Shown here: positions 37,242 through 45,236 of the stretch, in pieces
Position numbering within the stretch: position 1 is the stretch's first letter
Layout: each line of letters begins with the position of its first letter
IMG/VR virus record: IMGVR_UViG_3300040959_000769
Span: 1 to 64,000 of that record
Source: a virus
DNA length: 64,000 nt
Strand: one strand, 5' to 3'
Notes under the pieces: model-generated
What the model was told of the DNA's origin: nothing
The model's database searches: none
What the model saw: only the letters and a program-made list of their open reading frames with translations
Made by a program: the position numbers and the translations under genes

Positions 37242-37613
37242 ATGGGAGCACGAGCCACTATCAGAATCATCCATCCCACTAGCGACACACCCATCCACCT
37301 CTACACGCATTGGCGTGGCGACGACATTCTTGAGATCCTCGCCGAGGGAATCAGTCGAGCAGATATGGCGGGCAGACTCAGTGACTACTCGTATGCGACT
37401 CGCATCATCTTTGACACACTCACGATGTGTGATGGTGGCGAGACAGGGTTCGGTATCTGTATCGGTGACGAGGGTGAGCCTGGTGACCTGAACTACGACA
37501 CCCCCACGTTGGCGTGGCTACCTAGTGGAACCGTTGAGGTCTACTACAACTCTCTAGTGGTGGATGCCACAGACTTTGTGGAGATGGTCAAGAAATCCTT
37601 GACAGACGCATAA
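37242..37613 (+). CDS. Hypothetical early protein
   Basis: MGARATI..LYTHW.G pattern seen in phage early genes. Confidence 0.7.
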   Translation: MGARATIRIIHPTSDTPIHLYTHWRGDDILEILAEGISRADMAGRLSDYSYATRIIFDTLTMCDGGETGFGICIGDEGEPGDLNYDTPTLAWLPSGTVEVYYNSLVVDATDFVEMVKKSLTDA

Positions 37614-37644
37614 CGTCACCACTAAGATGAATCTCACCTACTAC
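37599..37644 (+). promoter_or_regulatory. Early promoter with CACCTACTAC leader
   Basis: TTGACA-N18-TAAGAT, CACCTACTAC. Confidence 0.65.
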
Positions 37645-37658
37645 AGAAAGAACATCTG

Positions 37659-37856
37659 ATGACAACCCTCATTGACGTTGACATTGACAACTGGGAAGGA
37701 ACCTTCCCTGCACGACATGACCTCGTTATCCATGAACGGGGAGAAAACCCCGAAGACGGAATGGTTCTGTACGGCTTTGACGAAATCGGTTTGTTTGACC
37801 ACGAGTTCAGCAAGCCCGCCTACTCATTCGTACCCGACACATTGGAGGACAACTGA
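37659..37856 (+). CDS. Hypothetical acidic protein
   Basis: 65-aa ORF. Confidence 0.55.
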   Translation: MTTLIDVDIDNWEGTFPARHDLVIHERGENPEDGMVLYGFDEIGLFDHEFSKPAYSFVPDTLEDN

Positions 37857-37857
37857 C

Positions 37858-38100
37858 ATGGAAATAACCCAAACCGAGCAAGACCAGTTTCATTTGTTCA
37901 GCGACCACGACGAGACGATGAACATTGACGTCAATCTTCATCTCGATGATGGCGCTGATGGCAACGTCAATGTCGTTCTTTATCAGAAGGTGAAGAGCGG
38001 TGACGACTACGGGTTCATATCGGACGACGGGGATGTGATCGGGGTTATCCGTGTTCCGTATTCACTTATCAAGCAAACCATCAACAAGGAGTACAACTGA
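37858..38100 (+). CDS. Hypothetical acidic protein
   Basis: SD GGAGG; coupled. Confidence 0.6.
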   Translation: MEITQTEQDQFHLFSDHDETMNIDVNLHLDDGADGNVNVVLYQKVKSGDDYGFISDDGDVIGVIRVPYSLIKQTINKEYN

Positions 38101-38101
38101 C

Positions 38102-38482
38102 ATGGGAGCAGACTTCATTCTCGCAATCGTCGAGAAACCTCAGGAAGAAGATAAGGAGTTGTGGCGAACTCGTATCGCCGCACTCACCGTGACCGACATG
38201 GAGCAACTTGATGCCGACTGCTGTCCTCTTGTTCCGACTGAGTTTGACCTCAGCGAAACCGACAAACCTGAGGCGCTCATACGAGAGTTCGCCGATGACC
38301 TCGTTGACACAATCTACGAACTGTCATGGACCCATCCCGGACGAGAAGCCACTTGGCTAAATCTGGGAGATGAGTCCTACATCGCTTCGGGTGGAATGTC
38401 GTGGGGAGACTCGCCGACCGACACCTACGACTACATCATTGCATGGGATGTGGTCACCGAACTTCTCATAGACAGACCTTGA
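38102..38482 (+). CDS. Hypothetical acidic protein
   Basis: SD AAGGAG; MGAD...SGGMSWGDSPT. Confidence 0.65.
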   Translation: MGADFILAIVEKPQEEDKELWRTRIAALTVTDMEQLDADCCPLVPTEFDLSETDKPEALIREFADDLVDTIYELSWTHPGREATWLNLGDESYIASGGMSWGDSPTDTYDYIIAWDVVTELLIDRP

Positions 38483-38489
38483 CAAAGAC

Positions 38490-38534
38490 TTGACAGACGT
38501 AAACCAATCCACTAGATTTATTCACACCTACTAC
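38490..38534 (+). promoter_or_regulatory. Early promoter with CACCTACTAC leader
   Basis: TTGACA-N17-TAGATT, CACCTACTAC, AGAAAGGGG. Confidence 0.7.
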
Positions 38535-38549
38535 AGAAAGGGGGCAGAG

Positions 38550-38819
38550 ATGCCCACTACCAAGACAACCAACCAAATGAAGAAAGAGTGGGGCGAGCGA
38601 GCAAGCAAGCACCTGAAGGGGAAGGTCATCGCCGAAGTGCGATACCTCACCGAAGAAGAAGCCAAGAGCCTGCTCTGGTTCCACTCCACACTCGCCATCT
38701 TCTTCACCGACGGCTCATACATCTTCCCGAGCCGAGATGACGAAGGCAACGACGCTGGAGCGTTGTTCACCTCATTTGAGGACTTGGACACCATCCCCGT
38801 CATTCAGGAAGGGTGGTGA
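38550..38819 (+). CDS. Hypothetical protein
   Basis: VRYLTEEE...PSRDDEGNDAGALF. Confidence 0.7.
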   Translation: MPTTKTTNQMKKEWGERASKHLKGKVIAEVRYLTEEEAKSLLWFHSTLAIFFTDGSYIFPSRDDEGNDAGALFTSFEDLDTIPVIQEGW

Positions 38820-38824
38820 GCGAC

Positions 38825-39154
38825 ATGGCTGAGTACGCCACCATCGAAATCGGGAACGCCACCTACATCATGGACGAAAAGAGAGCCATGCGGATGTTCC
38901 ATGAGTTCTGTCACCACTTTGGATGGGTTGGCACGTTCATCACAGAACACGATGTGCGAGAGTCAATCCAGTCTCGGCGAGAAGCCGACGACTTGGAACC
39001 CTTCACCGAAGAGGAGCTCAGCGAGGCTACTCGCAAGGTGACGAGCACGAAGTCGTACCAAGACAATGTTGTCGCATGGATGCAAGAAGAAGGCTGGGAA
39101 ATCATTCACAGCATCATCCACGACGAAGTTGAGTCCGCTCTCTCTACGAGTTGA
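38825..39154 (+). CDS. Hypothetical acidic protein
   Basis: SD GGTGGTGAG. Confidence 0.6.
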   Translation: MAEYATIEIGNATYIMDEKRAMRMFHEFCHHFGWVGTFITEHDVRESIQSRREADDLEPFTEEELSEATRKVTSTKSYQDNVVAWMQEEGWEIIHSIIHDEVESALSTS

Positions 39155-39195
39155 CATACATAAATCAAACCACTATCATCTTTCACACCTACTAC
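39151..39195 (+). promoter_or_regulatory. Early promoter with CACCTACTAC leader
   Basis: TTGACA-N17-TATCAT, CACCTACTAC. Confidence 0.7.
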
Positions 39196-39211
39196 AAGAA
39201 AGAGACACGCC

Positions 39212-39886
39212 ATGCCTAACTGGTGCTACAACAACTTGACCATTGACGGAACCCGAGAGAACATCAGCGAGTTCCTCACCGCCATCACCAGCGACCTGCC
39301 CGAGGGCGGGTTCGACCTCACCATTCCTTTCCCCTGCCCTGAAGAACTGCAAATCACTGCACGATTCCTCACGCCGGACGACAGCAACGACGACGAAGAG
39401 ACAAAGGCGCTCCGTCAGCAGTACACAACCAACAAGGAAAAGTACGGCGCTACCAACTGGTACGACTGGCAGATTGAGAACTGGGGAACCAAATGGTCAC
39501 CCGACATTGACGACCTTGATGTTCAGGATGACGGCAAACGTATCTGGGCACGTTTTGATTCGGCATGGGCACCGCCCTCACAACTCATCCAGAAACTGTC
39601 AGGACTGTTCCCCACCCTACAGTTCGTAATCTCCTACGAAGAAGGCGGAATGTGTTTCGCCGGAGCCGAAGGTTTCTACGCCGGAGAGATGGTTTACAAC
39701 GGTTACTTCCAGTACGACTCCATCCCCATTCTCAACGTCATTCAGGAAAAACTCGACAACCTTCCTGAGGGCACAGAAGAAGACGACGTATGGGACGAAT
39801 ACAACGAAGCCCTCCGTACCATCATTGACCAACGGTGGGATGAAGCGGACTGCGTTGTCGCAGAGAAAGCGAAGGCAACACTATGA
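39212..39886 (+). CDS. YubB/DUF1281-like ferredoxin-fold protein
   Basis: MPNWCYNNL, NWYDWQIENWGTKW, FDSAWAPP. Confidence 0.8.
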   Translation: MPNWCYNNLTIDGTRENISEFLTAITSDLPEGGFDLTIPFPCPEELQITARFLTPDDSNDDEETKALRQQYTTNKEKYGATNWYDWQIENWGTKWSPDIDDLDVQDDGKRIWARFDSAWAPPSQLIQKLSGLFPTLQFVISYEEGGMCFAGAEGFYAGEMVYNGYFQYDSIPILNVIQEKLDNLPEGTEEDDVWDEYNEALRTIIDQRWDEADCVVAEKAKATL

Positions 39887-40122
39887 CCACGGCATACACC
39901 ACCCGAGTCCACACATCTCCCTGCCCTATCTGTAGGGAGACAAGCATCGTTCACGCCCCCTCAGACGGCGTGGAACGCTACAAGAAAGGGGAATACATCC
40001 AAGATGCTTTCCCCACCCTCAGCATCGCTGACCGTGAACTCATCATGACCGGCACTCACCAAGAGTGCTGGGACTTGATGGTTGGAACCGAAGAACAGGA
40101 GAACGAAGAGGCAACATCATGA
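39883..40122 (+). CDS. Small Zn-binding protein
   Basis: CPIC...IQDAFPTLS..DRELIMTGTH.ECWD. Confidence 0.7.
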   Translation: MTTAYTTRVHTSPCPICRETSIVHAPSDGVERYKKGEYIQDAFPTLSIADRELIMTGTHQECWDLMVGTEEQENEEATS

Positions 40123-40301
40123 GCAAACTTCTCTACCACACCGGCACAGACACCTACTTCGGTCTAGACGACGACGTAGTAGTCATTGACCTGGACCACT
40201 GCTCAGAAGACGACATAGCCGACTTGTACGAGCAAGAGAACCCGAACGGGGTGCTCCGGCATGCCCGACACATCCACGCAATCATTGAGGAACAGGAATG
40301 A
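40119..40301 (+). CDS. Hypothetical protein
   Basis: Coupled ATGA overlap. Confidence 0.55.
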   Translation: MSKLLYHTGTDTYFGLDDDVVVIDLDHCSEDDIADLYEQENPNGVLRHARHIHAIIEEQE

Positions 40302-40570
40302 TGCTGTCCAAAACAACGCCTATCGTCTACTGGGTCTCTGACCGTTTCGACAACGAATACCAAGTCAAGGCTCGGGTTACAGAAGACTTACTTATTGCGT
40401 ACACAATCACCGACAAGACAGGCTCCCCTACGGGGGCCACGTCCATACACGCCGACTTCTACCGGCAACGTCCCAACGTCGCCACGCAAGACTGGCAGGA
40501 CGACCTGACGTCGCTCCTCCAGAACCTACAGAACGTCACCGTCATATCAGCGGAGACACCGAAGGACTGA
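40298..40570 (+). CDS. Hypothetical protein
   Basis: Coupled overlap. Confidence 0.55.
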   Translation: MMLSKTTPIVYWVSDRFDNEYQVKARVTEDLLIAYTITDKTGSPTGATSIHADFYRQRPNVATQDWQDDLTSLLQNLQNVTVISAETPKD

Positions 40571-40576
40571 TTCACC

Positions 40577-40789
40577 GTGGCACCACGGAAACACCGGCAC
40601 AGCGACAACCCAGACTGGGAATACACACGAGCAACCATTGAGGCTGCACTCGTGGCGTACGACAACTGGCTACGCAAAACCGGAAGACTCAATGACCACG
40701 AGATGGTTGGCGTACTCGGCGAAGCTCTCGCTGACTGCGCTGACCATCTCCGCATATCTGTACTCGTGTACGGAAAGGAACAACCATGA
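40577..40789 (+). CDS. Hypothetical protein
   Basis: 70-aa ORF. Confidence 0.55.
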   Translation: MAPRKHRHSDNPDWEYTRATIEAALVAYDNWLRKTGRLNDHEMVGVLGEALADCADHLRISVLVYGKEQP

Positions 40790-40832
40790 ACAACACGCCT
40801 CAACCGTTGACGGTGGCGGAAGAGAGCCACCC

Positions 40833-41027
40833 ATGCTGAGCATCATCATCGAATGCGACGACTGCACAGCACGCTCCTCCGGGGAGCACGAATCGTTAAC
40901 TTCAGCCATTGATCAATGGACACGTGAAGGCGGAGTGATCTCCCCATTCACCAAAGAAGCTCTCTGTCCTCGCTGCTACTCCAAACTTGCCCACCCAGCC
41001 ATGAGAGGCAGAACCCATCATGAATAA
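40833..41027 (+). CDS. Small Zn-ribbon protein
   Basis: CDDC...CPRC. Confidence 0.6.
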   Translation: MLSIIIECDDCTARSSGEHESLTSAIDQWTREGGVISPFTKEALCPRCYSKLAHPAMRGRTHHE

Positions 41028-41325
41028 GAACACCATCGAAATCGCCGACGTGTTGGACTTCAGTTACTACACGCCAGGAGCGAACGGCAAAGAAGCATTA
41101 CTTAAAATGCTTGCGGCAGCTTACTCGCAGCTCGCCGCGCTGCCAATTGACTCGCCTGGAACTGACTGGTTGGCCAACCCGGACGGATCAGAAGGCACCA
41201 TTGCCGACGTACTCGACGGGGTAGCTCTTGTTGCACGCCGCTACGTAGACGAAGATCTTCTTGACGTTGACGCATCCGACTACGGTTCCGAATCCGCCCG
41301 CCCCTCAGGGAGCCTCAACCTTTGA
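41020..41325 (+). CDS. Hypothetical protein
   Basis: 101-aa ORF; its stop codon lies inside a repeat copy. Confidence 0.55.
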   Translation: MNKNTIEIADVLDFSYYTPGANGKEALLKMLAAAYSQLAALPIDSPGTDWLANPDGSEGTIADVLDGVALVARRYVDEDLLDVDASDYGSESARPSGSLNL

Positions 41326-41398
41326 CGGTGGTGGAAGACAGCAACAAATGTCAATGTTTACTACCTACAGCAACCCGGCAGTGTGATAAATATGGAGC

Positions 41399-41905
41399 GT
41401 GACCACAGAATTCGAAACTTGGGACTCCGCAGCCGCTCACTTCGTCGGAACAATCTACGACCAGGTCCGATCAAAACCGAAAGTTTCAATACCCGACCTC
41501 CGGAAAGAACTCGACACTTTCATTTCGTCCCTGTGGTCATCCCCCGGTGGGAACTCGGCAGCGACGGCACGATGGTCCAATCTTGGCGCGAATGCTTTCG
41601 AGCTATCCGAAAAAACGTCTCAACCCTTGACGGTGGCGGAAGTGACTGAAACTTTGTGGCGCAAACAACACGACTACGGTCCAGAGAACGTCGCCCGGTT
41701 CGGACGGCAAGGACTGATGGTTCGCATGCACGACAAAGTTGCCCGCCTAGAAAACCTGATCGAAAACGACCGTATGCCCGCAGTCGCAGGCGAAGCAGAA
41801 CGCGACACCCTGATGGACATCGTCGGATACTCCGCCATCGGCATGATGTGGGAAAGCCACACATTCCTTCTGCCTCTTGAATGGCGTCCCCGGAAAGCAT
41901 CCTGA
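41399..41905 (+). CDS. DUF1599 / nucleotide-modification-associated domain protein
   Basis: KQHDYG...GLMVRMHDKVARLENL...DTLMDIVGYSAIG. Confidence 0.8.
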   Translation: MTTEFETWDSAAAHFVGTIYDQVRSKPKVSIPDLRKELDTFISSLWSSPGGNSAATARWSNLGANAFELSEKTSQPLTVAEVTETLWRKQHDYGPENVARFGRQGLMVRMHDKVARLENLIENDRMPAVAGEAERDTLMDIVGYSAIGMMWESHTFLLPLEWRPRKAS

Positions 41906-42453
41906 AAACTTCCTCAACCTTTGACGGTGGTGGAAGAGAGGGAACCGGCGGGGGCAGAACCAAACATTCGCCCGAGTATTGAGTCACCCGCCCCCGCCAG
42001 CTCAACCTTCCTGCGGCTCAGGGGTACAACCCACAGGACAATAAATATACTAACACACAACTTGTCAACAGACCGGAAAAGTTTTTCCACATGTGCGTTG
42101 GAAGCCCCGCACTGCTGATATAGTCGCATCAACAAATACCAGCCCTGGGTATCGAGTCATAACTGAGAACAACACCCCAAAAGCGAGGTGCTGTTTGTCA
42201 TGCCCGGAAAAGAGCCCCGGCGGAGGATTTTGGTTCCCCCTAGAACCCCCTCCAGAATCACTCTTAACTACCTTGGTATGTCAAACTGAACCCAGTGGGG
42301 AATACCCTGTCACTTTCTCCTTCGTCGAAAGAGACGATTGAAATGTTCTTACCTACCAGGTAGAGTTGACCGTGGAAATCAAGTAATAACTCTTCTCTCC
42401 ACGTTGAGTAACTACTACGGTGGTAGAAGTAAGTATCTAGCAAGGGGTGAACT

Positions 42454-42831
42454 ATGTCTTGGGAAGAAGTTCAGTTGTTCGAAACACACGATTCGGTACC
42501 AGAACCACAAAACGACTTTAAAACGCCTCAGAGCGTCCCTGAGGGGGTAATCAGCTCGATTTGGGATCACTATGTGACCACGATGTGGGTGAAAGGTCGT
42601 AAACCGGTGTTCACCCCCGAACGAGAAGCCCTCATTCGACGCTCCGTTTCCCGACACGGAATCGCAGACGTCAAAGCAGCGATCTCAGGCTGCGCCAACA
42701 GCGACTGGCACATGGGCAGCAACCCTCAAGGCAAAAAATACAACTCCATTGAACTCATCCTGCGTAACGCACAAAAAATAGAGTTCTTTCTGGAGTACGC
42801 CACAGACAGCACCGACGGAGATCCGTTCTGA
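42454..42831 (+). CDS. Replication initiator-like protein (C-terminal-type domain)
   Basis: AISGCANSDWHMGSN..GKKYNSIELILR..KIEFF resembles phage replisome-organiser C-termini. Confidence 0.6.
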   Translation: MSWEEVQLFETHDSVPEPQNDFKTPQSVPEGVISSIWDHYVTTMWVKGRKPVFTPEREALIRRSVSRHGIADVKAAISGCANSDWHMGSNPQGKKYNSIELILRNAQKIEFFLEYATDSTDGDPF

Positions 42832-43310
42832 TGAACAAACACGAAACAGTAGAAGTTGTGGAACGAGTGTACGCCTCCTGGAACCAGCAACTCCCCTCAG
42901 TCAAAGCAAAGTGGGACACCGTAATGAACGCATGGCACCAGATCCTCGCAAATCTAAACAAACAGGATGTGGATAACACTGTGAACAAACTCATCCTCGA
43001 AGACAACAACTACATGCCCAGACCCGGCACCATCTACAAACAAACAATACGCACCACCCACAACTACAACCCACCCACACCCGCCGAAGCCTGGGACCAA
43101 CTCCGACAAGCAGCACAAGCAGCCCACAACGGAACCCACACCAACATCACCATCCACCCCACAGTCCGCAAAACCATCGACCAACTCGGCGGAACCAACG
43201 CCTACCAACTACACACAAACGGCGACAGAGAACTCTTCACCACCCACTACACCCGCAACATCCAAAACGAAGAAAACGAACTCTTCAACCAACAACCGTT
43301 GACACAATAA
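42831..43310 (+). CDS. Helicase loader/inhibitor-like protein (SPP1 G39P-like)
   Basis: WHQILANL...VDNTVNKLI....YMPRPGTI; follows the initiator-like gene. Confidence 0.55.
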   Translation: MNKHETVEVVERVYASWNQQLPSVKAKWDTVMNAWHQILANLNKQDVDNTVNKLILEDNNYMPRPGTIYKQTIRTTHNYNPPTPAEAWDQLRQAAQAAHNGTHTNITIHPTVRKTIDQLGGTNAYQLHTNGDRELFTTHYTRNIQNEENELFNQQPLTQ

Positions 43311-43469
43311 GTAAACTACCCCACATGCGCGGACGACCCCCCAAACAAGCAACCGGACCAACCACCCTCACCCTCAAACTCCAACCCCACATCAAAAACC
43401 ACATCACCCAACAAGCACAAGCCTACGACCTCACAATCACCGACTACATACTCACACTCGTCAACCGAG

Positions 43470-43823
43470 ATGCCGAAATCCCCAAACCCTAACCTCAACC
43501 CCGACAACAACTACAACCTGAACGTCCGCATACCAGGCTGGATGAAACTCGAAATCATTGAGCTTTGCGAGAAAAACGGATGGTCAATACAGCAGTGGGC
43601 TTCTGTCCGTTTGTTGGTGGCGTTGCGTGAGGGGCAGGGTGTGCCTCCTGCGCCGAGGGGTTTGGTGCCTTTGCCGACTACTGCGGATCAGATTCGTGCG
43701 TATGCTCAGGGGGAGCGTTTGTTGGGTCCTTGTGGTGGGGTGTGGCCGTGTGGGTTTGTTGAGTCTGATGTGACTGTTGTGTCGGGTGTGGAGTTTTGTG
43801 GTTCGTGTGGGGTGCGTGTGTAG
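43470..43823 (+). CDS. Ribbon-helix-helix protein with C-terminal Cys motifs
   Basis: LNVRIPGWMKLEIIELCEKNGWSIQQWAS; GPC..WPC..CGSCG. Confidence 0.7.
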   Translation: MPKSPNPNLNPDNNYNLNVRIPGWMKLEIIELCEKNGWSIQQWASVRLLVALREGQGVPPAPRGLVPLPTTADQIRAYAQGERLLGPCGGVWPCGFVESDVTVVSGVEFCGSCGVRV

Positions 43824-44183
43824 TTATTGGTTGTCGTTCCACATTTGGGCGAGTGTGGGTCGTGTGGCTTTGATGCCGAGTTCTTTTTGTTTGGCTGCTA
43901 GTTGTCTGCTGGTCATGCCTGCCCATACTCCGTGCATGTCTGCTGGGGGGAATTCGAGTGCGTAGTTGAGGCATTGTTTTTTGACTGGGCAGTTGGAGCA
44001 TATTTGTCTGGCTTGTGTGATGTAGGTGATGTCTTTGTGGTGTTGGGGGAACATGAGGTGGGTTAAGCCTTTGCAGTTGGCTTTGTTTGTCCAGTGTTGT
44101 GGGTTGGGGTTGGGTGTTGTTTGTTTGTCTGTGTGTTTGGGTTTGTCGGGGGTTTTGGTTTTGAGTTTTTTGATTGGGTTCAT
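43824..44183 (-). CDS. whiB: Second WhiB-family transcription factor
   Basis: WTNKANCKG..MFP..ARQICSNCPVKKQCLNYAL...GVWAGMT; ATGA-coupled start at 44183. Confidence 0.9.
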   Translation of the reverse strand: MNPIKKLKTKTPDKPKHTDKQTTPNPNPQHWTNKANCKGLTHLMFPQHHKDITYITQARQICSNCPVKKQCLNYALEFPPADMHGVWAGMTSRQLAAKQKELGIKATRPTLAQMWNDNQ

Positions 44184-44563
44184 TTGGTGTTGTTTGGGGG
44201 GTTTAGGTGGGTGATTTTGGTGATGCATCCGTTTGGTATGAGGATTCCTCCTCCGATGTGTTGTGTGTTGATTGTGGATGCGAGGGTGTGGTGTGTGGGT
44301 GTTTTGTGGATTAGGTAGCCGATTGAGATTGTGGGTTCTGGGGTGGTTTGTTGGGTTTGTTGGGGGGTTTCCCATTCGTTGCCTACGGTGATGGCGTCTT
44401 CCCAGGTGATGGCGACTATGGGGGGTGTTTTGGTTTGGGGTTGGTCGGTGTTGATTCCGTATTTTTGGGCTTGTTTGTCGCCTATGTGTGTTCTGATGAT
44501 TTGGTCTGGTTTGATGGGGGTGTTGTTGTTTGTTTTGGGGGGTTTGTTTGTTCTGGCTGTCAT
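44180..44563 (-). CDS. Conserved phage hypothetical protein
   Basis: IVAITWEDA...SIGYL...IPNGCITKI. Confidence 0.7.
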   Translation of the reverse strand: MTARTNKPPKTNNNTPIKPDQIIRTHIGDKQAQKYGINTDQPQTKTPPIVAITWEDAITVGNEWETPQQTQQTTPEPTISIGYLIHKTPTHHTLASTINTQHIGGGILIPNGCITKITHLNPPNNTK

Positions 44564-44765
44564 GGTGTTTCCCCCTGTAGGGTTTGTTGTGTCTCTATAG
44601 GTGTGTTTGGACACTTTGGGTTTTGTTTACGTGGATTTGTTTGATGCGGGCTTTTGGTTCTGTTGGTGTTGTTTGCCTTGTTCGATGGCTTCTTTGACGG
44701 TGAGTTCGGGGTGGTGTGTGTCGATGAGCCAGATGAGTGCGTGTAGGAGTTGTAGTTGGATGTGT

Positions 44766-45236
44766 TCAGACATTTAGTGCTTCGATTTGTCCGTAGTGTT
44801 CTGGGCAGATGTAGCGGACGATGCCTCTGATGAAGATTCCGACGTCGTTGTTGAGGGCGGGGTCGATGTCTTCTGCCATGTACATGGTTTCGATGAGTAC
44901 TCGGTCGATGCTGGTGCCTGCGTCTAGCCATTCGCAGAGGCTGAGTCCGAGGTTGAGGAGGTTTTCGTCGGTGTAGCTGTAGTACCAGTAGGGGGTGTTG
45001 TTTTTGGTGTAGTCAAGGAATGTGTCGGGTTGGTAGCCGTTCATGGCTGGTTCTTGTGGTTCGGGTGGGAGTGTTGGGCGTGTTTCTGGTGGTGCGAGTT
45101 GTGTTGTTGTGGTGGGGGTTGCGGTTGTTGTGGGTGTTTGTGTTGTTGGGGTTGGTTCTGCTTCGACGTATACGATTTCTTTGCCGCATGCGGTGAGTGT
45201 GAGTGCTGCGAGGGTGGTTGCGATGATGGTTTTCAT
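44766..45236 (-). CDS. Lipoprotein, DUF732-like domain
   Basis: Lipobox LTAC, Thr/Pro linker, LLNLGLSLCEWLDAG. Confidence 0.7.
   Translation of the reverse strand: MKTIIATTLAALTLTACGKEIVYVEAEPTPTTQTPTTTATPTTTTQLAPPETRPTLPPEPQEPAMNGYQPDTFLDYTKNNTPYWYYSYTDENLLNLGLSLCEWLDAGTSIDRVLIETMYMAEDIDPALNNDVGIFIRGIVRYICPEHYGQIEALNV

Larger units (their letters stand above)
40800..41940 (+). repeat. Cluster of dispersed ~25-nt repeats CTCAACCYTTGACGGTGGYGGAAGAG (40800, 41313, 41618, 41912; partial copies at 30910, 35254, 36984, 42417)
   Basis: Copies read directly; all on the + strand. Confidence 0.85.

Noticed and set aside
40808..40822. GGTGGTGG within the dispersed repeat matches the Haemophilus Chi pattern GNTGGTGG
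   Set aside because: Only some copies have it, conservation extends well beyond 8 nt, and actinobacteria use AdnAB with no such Chi established
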